From the NCBI RefSeq assembly GCF_054482525.1, contig NZ_CM137006.1: a stretch of DNA of 64,000 bases; one strand, given 5' to 3'. Position 1 is the stretch's first letter. Each line of letters begins with the position of its first letter. The notes under the pieces are model-generated. The model searched no databases and had not been told where the DNA came from. It saw only the letters and a program-made list of their open reading frames with translations. Shown here in pieces: positions 1-11,631 of this stretch. The position numbers and the translations under genes were made by a program.

Positions 1-1100
1 ACCGTCTCGAAACGTTACCGCTGAAAAAATCCGCAACCATTGCGGTGGTTGGCCCGCTGGCAGACAGCAAGCGTGACGTGATGGGCAGCTGGTCGGCGGC
101 AGGGGTTGCCGATCAATCCGTGACCGTGCTGACCGGGATTAAAAATGCCGTCGGTGAAAACGGTAAAGTGCTGTATGCCAAAGGGGCGAACGTTACCAGT
201 GACAAAGGCATTATCGACTTCCTGAATCAGTATGAAGAAGCGGTAAAAGTCGATCCGCGCTCGCCGCAAGAGATGATTGATGAAGCGGTGCAAACCGCGA
301 AACAATCTGATGTGGTGGTGGCTGTGGTCGGTGAAGCTCAGGGGATGGCGCACGAGGCTTCCAGCCGTACCGATATTACTATTCCGCAAAGCCAACGTGA
401 CTTGATTGCGGCGTTGAAAGCCACTGGTAAACCGCTGGTTCTGGTGCTGATGAACGGGCGTCCGCTGGCGATGGTGAAAGAAGATCAGCAGGCTGATGCG
501 ATTCTGGAAACCTGGTTTGCGGGTACGGAAGGGGGGAATGCAATTGCCGATGTATTGTTTGGCGATTACAACCCGTCCGGCAAGCTGCCGATGTCCTTCC
601 CGCGTTCTGTCGGGCAGATCCCGGTGTACTACAGCCATCTGAACACCGGGCGTCCGTATAACGCCGATAAGCCGAACAAATACACGTCGCGTTATTTTGA
701 TGAAGCTAACGGGGCGCTTTATCCGTTCGGCTATGGTCTGAGCTACACCACTTTCACCGTCTCTGATGTGAAACTTTCCGCGCCGACCATGAAGCGTGAC
801 GGCAAAGTGACCGCCAGTGTGCAGGTGACGAACACCGGTAAGCGCGAAGGGGCGACGGTAGTCCAGATGTACCTGCAGGATGTGACGGCTTCTATGAGTC
901 GCCCGGTGAAACAACTGAAAGGTTTTGAGAAAATCACCCTGAAACCGGGCGAAACTCAGACCGTCAGCTTCCCGATTGATATCGAGGCGCTGAAGTTCTG
1001 GAATCAACAGATGAAATATGACGCCGAGCCTGGCAAGTTCAATGTCTTTATCGGCACTGATTCCGCACGCGTTAAGAAAGGCGAGTTTGAGTTGCTGTAA
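1..1100 (+). CDS. bglX: Periplasmic beta-glucosidase BglX (GH3), C-terminal part; 5' end lies upstream of the window
   Basis: ORF 45-1100 is open to the window edge; translation reads as a GH3 beta-glucosidase C-terminus; synteny with osmF downstream. Confidence 0.85.
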   Translation, partial: RLETLPLKKSATIAVVGPLADSKRDVMGSWSAAGVADQSVTVLTGIKNAVGENGKVLYAKGANVTSDKGIIDFLNQYEEAVKVDPRSPQEMIDEAVQTAKQSDVVVAVVGEAQGMAHEASSRTDITIPQSQRDLIAALKATGKPLVLVLMNGRPLAMVKEDQQADAILETWFAGTEGGNAIADVLFGDYNPSGKLPMSFPRSVGQIPVYYSHLNTGRPYNADKPNKYTSRYFDEANGALYPFGYGLSYTTFTVSDVKLSAPTMKRDGKVTASVQVTNTGKREGATVVQMYLQDVTASMSRPVKQLKGFEKITLKPGETQTVSFPIDIEALKFWNQQMKYDAEPGKFNVFIGTDSARVKKGEFELL

Positions 1101-1112
1101 TGCTTTAGTAAG

Positions 1113-1140
1113 GGCGCGACGTCTGCGCCATTTAAGTATT
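1113..1140 (+). terminator. Possible intrinsic terminator after bglX
   Basis: GC hairpin ggcgc-gacgtct-gcgcc followed by a T-rich tract; read by eye, no folding energy computed. Confidence 0.3.
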
Positions 1141-1248
1141 TATCTGATTCTGCAACTGAATCCGCCCAGACAGGCTAACCCTGTCATTATCAACTATGCT
1201 TTTCTCTTAATTCGCTGAAAACAACAGTAAAAGAATGAGGAAAGCATC

Positions 1249-2166
1249 ATGCCACTCTCAAAGCTCTGGGCAGGTTCACTGGTTATGTTGGCAGCCGTGA
1301 GCCTGCCGCTACAGGCGGCTTCCCCCGTTAAGGTCGGTTCAAAAATCGATACCGAAGGCGCGCTGCTCGGCAATATCATTTTGCAGGTGCTGGAAAGCCA
1401 CGGCGTTCCTACGGTAAATAAAGTGCAATTGGGAACGACTCCTGTGGTGCGCGGGGCGATTACTTCCGGTGAACTGGATATCTATCCGGAATATACCGGC
1501 AATGGCGCGTTTTTCTTTAAAGATGAAAACGATGCGGCGTGGAAAAATGCCGGGCAGGGCTACGAGAAAGTCAAAAAGCTCGATGCAGAGCAAAACAAGT
1601 TAATCTGGCTGACGCCCGCACCTGCGAATAACACTTGGACCATCGCCGTGCGTCAGGATGTGGCAGAGAAAAACAAACTCACTTCGCTTGCTGACCTGAG
1701 TCGTTATCTGAAAGACGGTGGCACCTTCAAACTGGCTGCCTCAGCAGAATTTATTGAACGCGCCGATGCGTTACCCGCGTTTGAAAAAGCCTATGGCTTT
1801 AAGCTCGGTCAGGATCAGTTGCTGTCACTGGCGGGCGGCGATACGGCAGTGACGATCAAAGCCGCTGCTCAGCAAACCTCTGGCGTTAATGCCGCAATGG
1901 CTTACGGTACCGACGGTCCGGTCGCGGCGCTGGGGCTGCAAACCTTAAGCGATCCGCAAGGCGTGCAACCTATCTACGCGCCTGCACCAGTGGTGCGTGA
2001 GTCGGTGTTGAAAGAGTATCCGCAAATGGCACAGTGGTTACAGCCAGTCTTCGCCAGCCTCGATGAAAAAACATTGCAGCAACTGAATGCCAGCATTGCT
2101 GTGGAAGGACTGGATGCCAAAAAAGTGGCTGCCGACTACCTGAAACAAAAAGGGTGGACGAAGTAA
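1249..2166 (+). CDS. osmF: Glycine betaine/osmoprotectant ABC transporter periplasmic binding protein
   Basis: 305 aa with N-terminal signal peptide; first gene of a four-gene ABC transporter block. Confidence 0.85.
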   Translation: MPLSKLWAGSLVMLAAVSLPLQAASPVKVGSKIDTEGALLGNIILQVLESHGVPTVNKVQLGTTPVVRGAITSGELDIYPEYTGNGAFFFKDENDAAWKNAGQGYEKVKKLDAEQNKLIWLTPAPANNTWTIAVRQDVAEKNKLTSLADLSRYLKDGGTFKLAASAEFIERADALPAFEKAYGFKLGQDQLLSLAGGDTAVTIKAAAQQTSGVNAAMAYGTDGPVAALGLQTLSDPQGVQPIYAPAPVVRESVLKEYPQMAQWLQPVFASLDEKTLQQLNASIAVEGLDAKKVAADYLKQKGWTK

Positions 2167-2172
2167 TTTCCC

Positions 2173-3330
2173 GTGACTTATTTCCGTATTAATCCTGTTC
2201 TGGCGCTGCTGCTGTTGCTGACGGCAATCGCAGCGGCGCTGCCGTTTATCAGTTACGCGCCTAATCGTTTAGTTTCGGGTGAGGGGCGTCATCTCTGGCA
2301 GCTGTGGCCGCAAACGATCTGGATGCTGGTGGGCGTTGGTTGCGCCTGGATGACAGCCTGTTTTATTCCCGCTAAAAAAGGCAGCATTTTTGCACTCATT
2401 CTGGCGCAATTCGTCTTCGTATTGCTGGTGTGGGGAGCAGGAAAGGCGGCGACACAACTGGCACAAAATGGCAGTGCGCTGGCGCGTACCAGCCTCGGCA
2501 GTGGTTTCTGGCTGGCTGCGGCGCTGGCATTGCTGGCCTGTAGCGATGCCATCCGCCGAATATCCACGCATCCGCTGTGGCGCTGGTTGTTGCATATGCA
2601 GATTGCCATTATTCCGCTGTGGTTGCTGTACGCCGGCACGCTTAACGATCTCTCGCTAATGAAAGAATACGCCAACCGTCAGGATGTGTTTGACGACGCG
2701 CTGGCACAACATCTGACGTTGCTGTTTGGTGCGGTGCTGCCTGCGTTAGTGATTGGTGTGCCGTTGGGCATCTGGTGCTACTTTTCCACTGCGCGGCAGG
2801 GGGCGATTTTTTCGCTACTCAATGTCATTCAGACCGTGCCTTCGGTAGCGCTCTTTGGCCTGTTGATTGCGCCGCTTGCCGCGCTGGTTACGGCCTTTCC
2901 GTGGCTGGGTAAGCTCGGCATAGCAGGAACAGGCATGACACCCGCACTGATTGCGCTGGTGCTCTATGCCTTGCTGCCGCTGGTGCGCGGCGTTGTAGTC
3001 GGCTTGAACCAGATCCCGCGCGATGTGCTGGAGAGCGCCAGAGCGATGGGCATGAGCGGGGCGCAGCGATTCCTGCATGTTCAGTTACCGCTGGCGTTAC
3101 CGGTATTTCTGCGTAGCCTGCGGGTGGTGATGGTGCAAACCGTCGGCATGGCGGTGATTGCGGCGTTAATCGGCGCAGGCGGTTTTGGTGCGCTGGTTTT
3201 CCAGGGGCTGCTAAGCAGTGCCATTGATTTAGTGTTGCTGGGGGTGATCCCGGTAATTGTTCTGGCGGTGCTGATCGATGCGCTGTTCGATTTGCTTATC
3301 GCACTGCTGAAGGTGAAACGTAATGATTGA
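2173..3330 (+). CDS. yehY: ABC transporter permease
   Basis: 385 aa, highly hydrophobic multi-pass translation; stop overlaps the next gene's start. Confidence 0.85.
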   Translation: MTYFRINPVLALLLLLTAIAAALPFISYAPNRLVSGEGRHLWQLWPQTIWMLVGVGCAWMTACFIPAKKGSIFALILAQFVFVLLVWGAGKAATQLAQNGSALARTSLGSGFWLAAALALLACSDAIRRISTHPLWRWLLHMQIAIIPLWLLYAGTLNDLSLMKEYANRQDVFDDALAQHLTLLFGAVLPALVIGVPLGIWCYFSTARQGAIFSLLNVIQTVPSVALFGLLIAPLAALVTAFPWLGKLGIAGTGMTPALIALVLYALLPLVRGVVVGLNQIPRDVLESARAMGMSGAQRFLHVQLPLALPVFLRSLRVVMVQTVGMAVIAALIGAGGFGALVFQGLLSSAIDLVLLGVIPVIVLAVLIDALFDLLIALLKVKRND

Positions 3331-4249
3331 ATTTAGCCATGTCAGCAAACTGTTCGGCGCACAAAAAGCCGTTAACGATCTCAATCTCAATTTTCAGGAG
3401 GGGAGTTTTTCGGTGCTGATTGGTACATCAGGCTCCGGTAAATCCACCACTCTGAAAATGATTAACCGCCTGGTGGAGCATGACAGTGGCGTGATCCGCT
3501 TTGCCGGAGAAGAAATTCGCTCGCTGCCAGTGCTGGAGTTGCGCCGCCGGATGGGCTATGCCATTCAATCTATTGGCCTGTTTCCCCACTGGAGCGTGGC
3601 GCAAAACATCGCTACCGTGCCGCAATTACAAAAATGGTCACGGGCGCGGATCGACGATCGTATCGACGAATTAATGGCGCTACTGGGGCTGGAGCCAAAT
3701 TTGCGTGAGCGTTATCCGCATCAGCTTTCTGGCGGTCAGCAGCAACGTGTGGGAGTGGCGCGCGCACTGGCTGCCGATCCGCAAGTCTTACTGATGGATG
3801 AACCTTTTGGCGCACTGGACCCGGTAACGCGCGGCGCGTTGCAACAAGAGATGACGCGCATTCACCGTTTGCTGGGGCGCACTATTGTGCTGGTCACTCA
3901 TGATATTGATGAGGCGCTACGGCTGGCAGAACATCTGGTATTGATGGATCACGGTGAAGTGGTGCAGCAGGGCAATCCGCTGACGATGCTGACTCGTCCG
4001 GCGAATGATTTTGTCCGCCAGTTTTTTGGGCATAGTGAACTGGGTGTCCGCCTGCTTTCGTTACGTAGTGTGGCGGATTACGTGCGTCGCGAAGAACGGG
4101 CAGAAGGTGAGGCACTGGCAGAAGAGATGACGCTACGCGATGCGCTCTCCCTGTTTGTCGCGCGGGGATGCGAGGTGCTGCCGGTGGTGAACACGCAGGG
4201 CCAGCCTTGCGGCACGCTGCATTTTCAGGATCTGCTGGTGGAGGCGTAA
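3323..4249 (+). CDS. yehX: ABC transporter ATP-binding protein
   Basis: Walker [13 protein letters not shown] signature LSGGQQQR and Walker B LLMDEP are visible in the translation. Confidence 0.9.
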   Translation: MIEFSHVSKLFGAQKAVNDLNLNFQEGSFSVLIGTSGSGKSTTLKMINRLVEHDSGVIRFAGEEIRSLPVLELRRRMGYAIQSIGLFPHWSVAQNIATVPQLQKWSRARIDDRIDELMALLGLEPNLRERYPHQLSGGQQQRVGVARALAADPQVLLMDEPFGALDPVTRGALQQEMTRIHRLLGRTIVLVTHDIDEALRLAEHLVLMDHGEVVQQGNPLTMLTRPANDFVRQFFGHSELGVRLLSLRSVADYVRREERAEGEALAEEMTLRDALSLFVARGCEVLPVVNTQGQPCGTLHFQDLLVEA

Positions 4250-4253
4250 GCGT

Positions 4254-4985
4254 ATGAAGATGTTGCGCGATCCGCTGTTCTGGCTCATTGCTTTGTTTGT
4301 GGCACTGCTTTTCTGGCTGCCTTACAGCCAGCCGCTGTTTGCTGCCTTGTTCCCACAACTGCCACGACCCGTTTATCAGCAGGAAAGCTTTGCAGCTCTG
4401 GCACTGGCTCATTTCTGGCTGGTGGGAATTTCGAGTTTGTTTGCGGTGATCATTGGTACTGGTGCCGGAATTATTGTTACTCGCCCGTGGGGCGCGGAAT
4501 TTCGCCCACTGGTGGAAACTATTGCCGCCGTTGGGCAGACTTTTCCGCCCGTTGCGGTGCTGGCGATTGCCGTTCCGGTGATCGGCTTTGGTCTGCAACC
4601 CGCGATTATCGCCTTGATCCTTTACGGCGTGCTGCCCGTCCTGCAGGCGACACTTGCCGGGCTGGGAGCGATTGATGTCAGCGTGACAGAAGTTGCGAAA
4701 GGTATGGGAATGAGCCGTGGTCAGCGACTGCGTAAGGTCGAGCTACCGCTGGCGGCTCCGGTGATTCTGGCGGGCGTGCGAACTTCGGTGATTATCAACA
4801 TTGGTACGGCGACGATCGCCTCAACGGTAGGGGCCAGCACGCTGGGTACGCCCATCATCATCGGGCTTAGCGGATTTAATACCGCGTATGTGATCCAGGG
4901 GGCGTTACTGGTGGCACTGGCGGCGATCATTGCAGACCGCCTGTTTGAAAGGCTGGTGCAGGCGCTTAGCCAGCACGCAAAATAA
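4254..4985 (+). CDS. yehW: ABC transporter permease
   Basis: 243 aa hydrophobic permease; last gene of the osmF-yehYXW block. Confidence 0.85.
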
Positions 4986-5073
4986 AGGTATAACCTGCGA
5001 GCATGACGCCACCAATTCCGCCTAACGCCATAAACAGGAACAGGGCGATGACCCCAATTTTAGCTATGCGCAT
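4966..5073 (-). CDS. yohO: Small membrane protein, 35 aa ([35 protein letters not shown])
   Basis: Hand-translated from the minus strand (ATG at 5073, TAA at 4966); too short for the ORF track; single hydrophobic helix; matches my recollection of K-12 YohO between yehW and mlrA. Confidence 0.7.
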
Positions 5074-5132
5074 AATGCACTCCTTATGTTAACGAAAGGA
5101 TTGTACAGTAAAGCGCATTTGTTAACGAATGA

Positions 5133-5864
5133 TTAAATGCCGAGTGGGAAAATATCATGGCCTTGTTCCTGCCAACTGGTAAGTTGCTGCTGTTGGGCAG
5201 AGGTTCGATTTTCACCGCACCACACCAGCAATGTACGGCCTTCGAACAGTTCAGGGCGTAGTTGATTGAGCGAGTGGGCGAGGACATCAATGCGCCATCC
5301 TTGTTGACTGGCAATCCAGCCCTCCAGCCACAGACGGGTGGTATCGTGAATATTCCAGCCAACCACCAGCGCATCTTTACCCTGTTTTTTACGTGCCGAA
5401 GCCAGACAAATGGCGATGTAGTTGATCAGTACGCCGTCGAGGATCGCCAGCAGCGCCTGGAGAGTCGGTTGTTGGCACTGAAGTCGTCGGCGCAGAGGAA
5501 TAAACAGATGCGTGGTGAGTGTCTGGGCGGGGTAATCCTGACCGCGCTCTTTGATCCACGTTCGCAGGCTATGCAGATTGCCGCTTTGCAGGTAAGTCAG
5601 TAATGTTTCTTGCTGATCGCGCCAGCCGTTCTGCACATCAACATTTTCATTACTGAGCAGCATTTTAACTTTGCTGACCTGCACGCCGTTGTCGATCCAG
5701 CGTTTGATCTCGCGGATCCGGTCAATATCGGCATCGTTGAACAGCCGATGGCCGCCGTCTGTTCGTTGCGGTTTCAGCAATCCGTAACGCCTCTGCCACG
5801 CGCGTAACGTGACAGGGTTAATATCACAAAGCAACGCCACTTCACCAATTGTGTAAAGCGCCAT
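5133..5864 (-). CDS. mlrA: MerR-family transcriptional regulator MlrA
   Basis: 243 aa; N-terminal MerR-type HTH (YTIGEVALLCDINPVTLRAWQRRYGLLKP). Confidence 0.9.
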   Translation of the reverse strand: MALYTIGEVALLCDINPVTLRAWQRRYGLLKPQRTDGGHRLFNDADIDRIREIKRWIDNGVQVSKVKMLLSNENVDVQNGWRDQQETLLTYLQSGNLHSLRTWIKERGQDYPAQTLTTHLFIPLRRRLQCQQPTLQALLAILDGVLINYIAICLASARKKQGKDALVVGWNIHDTTRLWLEGWIASQQGWRIDVLAHSLNQLRPELFEGRTLLVWCGENRTSAQQQQLTSWQEQGHDIFPLGI

Positions 5865-6085
5865 CGTCTCACCCTTGCTCGCGAGGTCCCGGTTTAACTT
5901 TAGACGCAGTTTTGCGAACCAGGTAGTTTTGCCCGTTTTTTGTGCATCTATAGGGTGATTTTATTTTTGCCAGGCGATTTTGAGTGATCGTACTCACGAA
6001 TTCTCATTTTTCTGCAAGAGTTCAAAGAAAGTTAAACGCAGGCAATGTATGTTACGCGTTTTAAAGGGAAGTGTGGTTTGCGGGT

Positions 6086-7771
6086 ATGTACGATTTTAAT
6101 CTGGTGTTGCTGCTGCTTCAGCAGATGTGCGTTTTTTTAGTCATTGCGTGGTTAATGAGTAAAACGCCATTATTCATACCGTTAATGCAGGTCACGGTTC
6201 GTCTGCCGCATAAATTTCTCTGCTACATCGTCTTTTCCATCTTCTGCATCATGGGCACCTGGTTTGGGTTGCACATTGACGATTCTATTGCCAATACCCG
6301 TGCGATAGGCGCGGTAATGGGCGGCTTGCTCGGCGGTCCGGTCGTCGGTGGGCTGGTTGGTCTGACCGGCGGGTTACATCGATATTCGATGGGGGGCATG
6401 ACCGCGCTAAGTTGCATGATCTCGACCATCGTTGAAGGATTGCTCGGCGGCCTGGTACACAGCATCCTGATCCGTCGCGGGCGCACTGATAAAGTCTTTA
6501 ACCCCATTACCGCCGGTGCCGTCACGTTCGTCGCTGAAATGGTGCAAATGTTGATCATCCTGGCGATCGCCCGACCTTATGAAGATGCGGTGCGTCTGGT
6601 GAGTAATATTGCTGCGCCAATGATGGTTACCAATACCGTCGGCGCGGCGCTGTTTATGCGTATATTGCTCGATAAACGCGCGATGTTTGAAAAATACACT
6701 TCGGCTTTTTCTGCCACTGCGCTAAAAGTGGCTGCCTCGACGGAAGGCATTTTGCGCCAGGGGTTTAACGAAGTTAACAGCATGAAAGTGGCACAGGTGC
6801 TGTATCAGGAGCTGGATATTGGTGCAGTCGCGATTACCGATCGAGAGAAATTGCTGGCCTTTACCGGAATTGGTGACGATCACCATTTACCCGGCAAACC
6901 GATTTCTTCGACTTACACCTTAAAAGCGATTGAAACCGGTGAAGTGGTCTACGCTGATGGCAACGAAGTACCTTATCGTTGCTCTTTGCATCCGCAATGC
7001 AAACTGGGGTCGACGCTGGTAATTCCGTTGCGTGGTGAAAATCAGCGGGTGATGGGCACCATCAAATTGTATGAAGCCAAAAACCGTTTATTCAGTTCAA
7101 TCAACCGCACGCTGGGCGAGGGGATTGCGCAACTGCTTTCGGCGCAGATCCTCGCCGGGCAATATGAGCGGCAAAAAGCGATGCTCACCCAGTCAGAGAT
7201 CAAACTGCTTCACGCCCAGGTGAACCCCCATTTTTTGTTTAATGCGCTTAACACCATTAAAGCGGTGATCCGCCGCGACAGCGAACAGGCCAGCCAGCTG
7301 GTCCAGTATCTTTCCACTTTTTTCCGCAAAAACTTAAAGCGGCCTTCGGAGTTTGTTACTCTCGCAGACGAAATTGAACATGTGAACGCTTATCTGCAAA
7401 TTGAAAAGGCGCGCTTCCAGTCGCGGTTGCAGGTCAACATTGCTATTCCGCAAGAATTATCCCAGCAGCAATTGCCCGCGTTTACCCTGCAACCGATAGT
7501 GGAAAACGCCATTAAACATGGGACATCACAACTGCTCGATACAGGGCGAGTGGCAATCAGCGCCCGACGTGAGGGGCAACATTTGATGCTGGAGATCGAA
7601 GACAATGCCGGTTTGTATCAACCGGTAACCAATGCCAGTGGGCTGGGGATGAATCTGGTGGATAAGCGTTTACGTGAACGGTTTGGCGATGACTATGGGA
7701 TAAGCGTCGCCTGTGAGCCTGATAGTTACACCCGAATAACGTTACGACTACCATGGAGGGACGAGGCATGA
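6086..7771 (+). CDS. btsS: LytS-type sensor histidine kinase BtsS (YehU)
   Basis: Multi-pass membrane N-terminus plus GAF-like and His-kinase regions; start placed at [10 protein letters not shown] giving 561 aa. Confidence 0.88.
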
Positions 7772-8487
7772 TTAAAGTCTTAATTGTCGATGATGAACCG
7801 TTAGCACGGGAGAACCTGCGCGTATTTTTGCAGGAGCAGAGCGATATTGAAATTGTTGGAGAGTGTTCAAACGCCGTGGAAGGGATCGGCGCGGTGCATA
7901 AACTGCGCCCGGATGTGCTGTTTCTCGATATCCAGATGCCGCGCATCAGTGGTCTGGAAATGGTGGGGATGCTCGACCCGGAACATCGTCCGTATATTGT
8001 TTTTCTCACCGCGTTTGACGAATACGCTATTAAAGCCTTTGAAGAACATGCCTTTGATTATCTGCTGAAGCCAATTGATGAAGCGCGACTGGAGAAAACG
8101 CTGGCGCGATTGCGTCAGGAGCGCAGCAAGCAGGATGTTTCGCTGTTACCGGAAAATCAACAGGCGCTGAAATTTATCCCTTGTACGGGGCATAGTCGGA
8201 TTTATTTGCTGCAAATGAAAGATGTGGCATTTGTCAGCAGTCGGATGAGCGGTGTCTACGTTACGAGTCACGAAGGGAAAGAGGGCTTTACCGAACTGAC
8301 ATTACGTACCCTGGAGAGTCGTACACCACTACTACGCTGCCATCGTCAGTATCTGGTTAACCTCGCGCATTTACAGGAGATTCGTCTGGAAGATAACGGC
8401 CAGGCCGAGTTGATTTTGCGTAATGGCTTAACCGTGCCGGTCAGCCGTCGTTATCTGAAAAGCTTAAAAGAGGCGATTGGCCTGTAA
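7768..8487 (+). CDS. btsR: LytTR-family response regulator BtsR (YehT)
   Basis: Receiver domain ([16 protein letters not shown] ... LFLDIQMP) followed by a LytTR DNA-binding domain; overlaps the btsS stop. Confidence 0.88.
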
Positions 8488-8533
8488 AAGACTGCTAAAA
8501 TGGCTTTTTGCCTCATCAACACCTGAAGGCCTC

Positions 8534-9004
8534 ATGCTAAGTAACGATATTCTGCGCAGCGTGCGCTACATTTTGAAAGCCAATAATAATGACCTGGTGC
8601 GTATTCTGGCGCTGGGTAATGTCGAAGCCACCGCGGAACAGATCGCCGTCTGGCTACGTAAAGAAGACGAAGAGGGTTTTCAGCGTTGTCCGGACATTGT
8701 TTTGTCTTCCTTCCTCAATGGCCTGATTTATGAAAAACGCGGCAAGGATGAGTCTGCTCCGGCACTGGAGCCGGAACGTCGCATTAATAACAACATCGTG
8801 CTGAAAAAATTACGCATCGCGTTTTCGCTGAAAACCGATGACATTCTGGCGATCCTCACCGAACAGCAGTTCCGCGTTTCGATGCCGGAAATTACGGCGA
8901 TGATGCGTGCACCGGATCATAAAAACTTCCGCGAATGCGGCGATCAATTTTTACGTTATTTTCTGCGTGGACTGGCAGCGCGCCAGCATGTGAAGAAAAG
9001 CTAA
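8534..9004 (+). CDS. yehS: DUF1456-family protein YehS
   Basis: Start placed at MLSNDILRSV giving 156 aa; synteny. Confidence 0.8.
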   Translation: MLSNDILRSVRYILKANNNDLVRILALGNVEATAEQIAVWLRKEDEEGFQRCPDIVLSSFLNGLIYEKRGKDESAPALEPERRINNNIVLKKLRIAFSLKTDDILAILTEQQFRVSMPEITAMMRAPDHKNFRECGDQFLRYFLRGLAARQHVKKS

Positions 9005-9013
9005 GACGGGTAT

Positions 9014-9038
9014 GGCGGCCATGCGAAACATGGCCGCC
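9014..9038. terminator. Bidirectional intrinsic terminator between convergent yehS and yehR
   Basis: Perfect 10-bp stem ggcggccatg / catggccgcc with a cgaaa loop. Confidence 0.6.
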
Positions 9039-9044
9039 GACAGA

Positions 9045-9506
9045 TTATTTCACTTCTTTAAAACCAGCGGCTTTCATCACCAGTTCCATTTGCGCCATAG
9101 TGATACCTTTTTTGGCATCTTCAGCAGAAACGTTGATTCCTGAAATACCCTGCAGGGCTTTAAAATCCACTTTTTCCATATCGATAGTCACGTTTTCCTG
9201 CGCGTAGGTATCGGTATAGGTTAATTTTTCTTCAACACCCGCGATATTTTTGTATTTGGCGCTTAACGGCTCAAGTGTCTTGGCAGCGTCTTCTTTGGTG
9301 GTTGCACCAATGGAGGCAAATTGAATTTTGGTTTCAGAAGATTGCTTAAGCACCTTGTCACCTTTGTAGACATAGGTAATGGCAATTTCAGTACCGTTCA
9401 GATTGGCGCTGAATTTTTTCGATTCTTCTTTGTCACCGCAGCCAGCAAGAGAGAAAACCAGAACAGATGCAACAACGAGGGAAAACAGCTTATTGAAAGC
9501 CTTCAT
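9045..9506 (-). CDS. yehR: Lipoprotein YehR (DUF1307)
   Basis: Signal peptide with lipobox (LVVASVLVFSLAGC); start placed at MKAFNKLFSL. Confidence 0.8.
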   Translation of the reverse strand: MKAFNKLFSLVVASVLVFSLAGCGDKEESKKFSANLNGTEIAITYVYKGDKVLKQSSETKIQFASIGATTKEDAAKTLEPLSAKYKNIAGVEEKLTYTDTYAQENVTIDMEKVDFKALQGISGINVSAEDAKKGITMAQMELVMKAAGFKEVK

Positions 9507-9630
9507 GTAAAACTCCATTTTATTTAATCAAGAAACTGGTGACTCTCACCAGGGGCTATATAGGATATGCCTAATACCGTGGCGTGAGCAGTCCGGAACT
9601 GGAGTAGAACTCTTAGTAAAAAGCACTATT

Positions 9631-11631
9631 TCATCCTTGTTGCTGAAGCATGTGGAATAATTGTTCGCAAAGCAAAACACCGTTATTCATTGCTTCTACC
9701 CGTGCCTCGCTTTCTGTATTACAAAATTGTGCCAACACATGTGCCAGCCGATAAAAACCGACCGCGGTGAGGTCATTCGCCAGCAACTCTGCCTGACCAA
9801 TAGCACTCTGTTCCTGATAGCGCCAGCCGTTATGGAGCAGTTGAATAAGTAACGCCTGGCAGCGCATCAGCAACTGATGAGCGGTAGACGGCACAGGCAG
9901 AACGCTGGCAGAAGGTAGCGGTGCCACAGGCGCAGTTTCTGCGTCCAGCGCCCAGGCGCGGGTTTTGGTCATCATTACCCGTGGTTCCAGTGTCAATTGC
10001 CCCTCAACAAAACTGACAAAGCCAGAAACCAGACTCACGGGGTCGTCTGTGTGTTGCAAAAGTGCCGCCATGCGTTCAACGGCAAAAGGCGCGCTGGCTG
10101 AGGCTGGCAGTGATAAAGTCAGCAGATTATCTTCACCTTCGCCGCTGATTACCTGCGCATCCAGCGTCTGGCGGCTGCTATCCCAACCGAGTGAAATACA
10201 CTCAGCGACTGGCAGAATAAATAAGTTATCCACCTGATTAAGAGGCCGTATGCAGGCGGGGGGACGCTGGCGTAAATATTCCCGCAAAGCCACAATGCCC
10301 GACTGGCGCAATGGCGCGCTCAACATTTGCCAGGCGTCTGGCGACAGCGGCACAACGCTGCTTAAGCGGTTGCGGGTAGCTAACAACAGCTCGCCATCGG
10401 CACTGCGTTTTGCTGCTTGTGAAACAATTTGCCCACCTGCCAGTGCGCCAGCCAGAAAACTAAACAGCCGACGCGTCGCTGCCGGTGAGTTTTCCTGTTC
10501 GCTTCTCGGCCAACTACGCGAAAGATGCAAAATACTGCCAGTGTCGGGATCGGTAAACCAGATGCGTAAACCATAATGCTCAATATCCTGCCAGCAACGC
10601 ATACCTAAAGACACCAGCCGCAGATGATCAAGCTTTGCTTCTCCGGCAATGCCAGAGCCAACGACCGTGCGCCACGGCACAGGAGGAACTTCACCAACAC
10701 TGTCGCGCCGGGCCATCTCTTGTGCGCAATTTAATCGACTGTTTAATGCCGCAAGCTGACGTAAGCATTCTCCGACATGATAGTGGCTGGCGCGGGCGTG
10801 GAAGGCATCAACGCTGGCGCGCAGTTGCCGTAGCGATTCACTCACCCAGCGCCAGTTGCAGCGTTCCGCCGCTTGCTGCGCGCGGCTGAAAGCAGCCTTG
10901 TAATGAATAAGCGGCTGGCTGATGCCGCCAAGCCATAACGCCTGGCTTAATTGCTGAACATATTGACGACACGCGTCGCCCTCATCGTTGGCAAACGGAT
11001 CGTCAGATGATGTGACGTGTTCGCTGCGCATCTGCCAGATTAAATGAGTAAATTCCGCTTGCTGCGCTTTGGCCTGGACAAAGGCCTGTACTGCCAGTAC
11101 GACATGTTCGCAAAGTGTGCCGTCAATACAATCACAGCGTGCGAAACGAATGCTGCTGCGGGAATAAAAACGTACATCGCTCATCGGTAAGCGGGCAGAG
11201 GGAATTTCGCCCGGCGTACAGAACAACTCAATGGTGATGCCTTTAGCGACCAGTGTCTGTGCGCGTTTGCGGGTGGCATCGGGCAGGGTAGCCAGTTCTT
11301 CCAGCCAGATTGCCGGATCCCACTCTTCTTCTTTTTCCGTAGGCTGGGTGGTGGCGCAAAGTCGCTGATAACTTAAAACCAGCATCACGCGATGGCGGCA
11401 CATGCCGCTGGCCCCGCAGCTGCATTGAGCCTCTTTCAGTGCCTGACCGTTCGCCAGCTGGGTGCGGACACCGTCACTGAAGGTGGCGATTAAAGCGCCG
11501 TTCTCATGGCTGATTTCCGGGACGTTGCCATTTTCCAGTTCTTTAAGGCTGCGCTTAACAAAACCGGCATTGCTTAACGCCGTCAAAGCTTGTGGTGTCA
11601 GTTCTAATAATTCCGGCCGTAGTGAATTCAT
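9631..11631 (-). CDS. yehQ: SWIM zinc-finger protein YehQ
   Basis: Two CxC...CxH SWIM-like motifs (CSCGASGMCRHRV, CDCIDGTLCEHVV); its ATG overlaps the yehP stop (ATGA); exact start uncertain. Confidence 0.75.
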   Translation of the reverse strand: MNSLRPELLELTPQALTALSNAGFVKRSLKELENGNVPEISHENGALIATFSDGVRTQLANGQALKEAQCSCGASGMCRHRVMLVLSYQRLCATTQPTEKEEEWDPAIWLEELATLPDATRKRAQTLVAKGITIELFCTPGEIPSARLPMSDVRFYSRSSIRFARCDCIDGTLCEHVVLAVQAFVQAKAQQAEFTHLIWQMRSEHVTSSDDPFANDEGDACRQYVQQLSQALWLGGISQPLIHYKAAFSRAQQAAERCNWRWVSESLRQLRASVDAFHARASHYHVGECLRQLAALNSRLNCAQEMARRDSVGEVPPVPWRTVVGSGIAGEAKLDHLRLVSLGMRCWQDIEHYGLRIWFTDPDTGSILHLSRSWPRSEQENSPAATRRLFSFLAGALAGGQIVSQAAKRSADGELLLATRNRLSSVVPLSPDAWQMLSAPLRQSGIVALREYLRQRPPACIRPLNQVDNLFILPVAECISLGWDSSRQTLDAQVISGEGEDNLLTLSLPASASAPFAVERMAALLQHTDDPVSLVSGFVSFVEGQLTLEPRVMMTKTRAWALDAETAPVAPLPSASVLPVPSTAHQLLMRCQALLIQLLHNGWRYQEQSAIGQAELLANDLTAVGFYRLAHVLAQFCNTESEARVEAMNNGVLLCEQLFHMLQQQG

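Noticed and set aside
3894-4598. 234-aa minus-strand ORF
   Set aside because: Antisense to yehX and yehW, with a low-complexity Arg/Pro/Gln-rich translation typical of a spurious frame.
9631-11631. yehQ as a transposase, given its SWIM zinc fingers
   Set aside because: No terminal inverted repeats or target-site duplication; the gene is translationally coupled to yehP inside a conserved operon.
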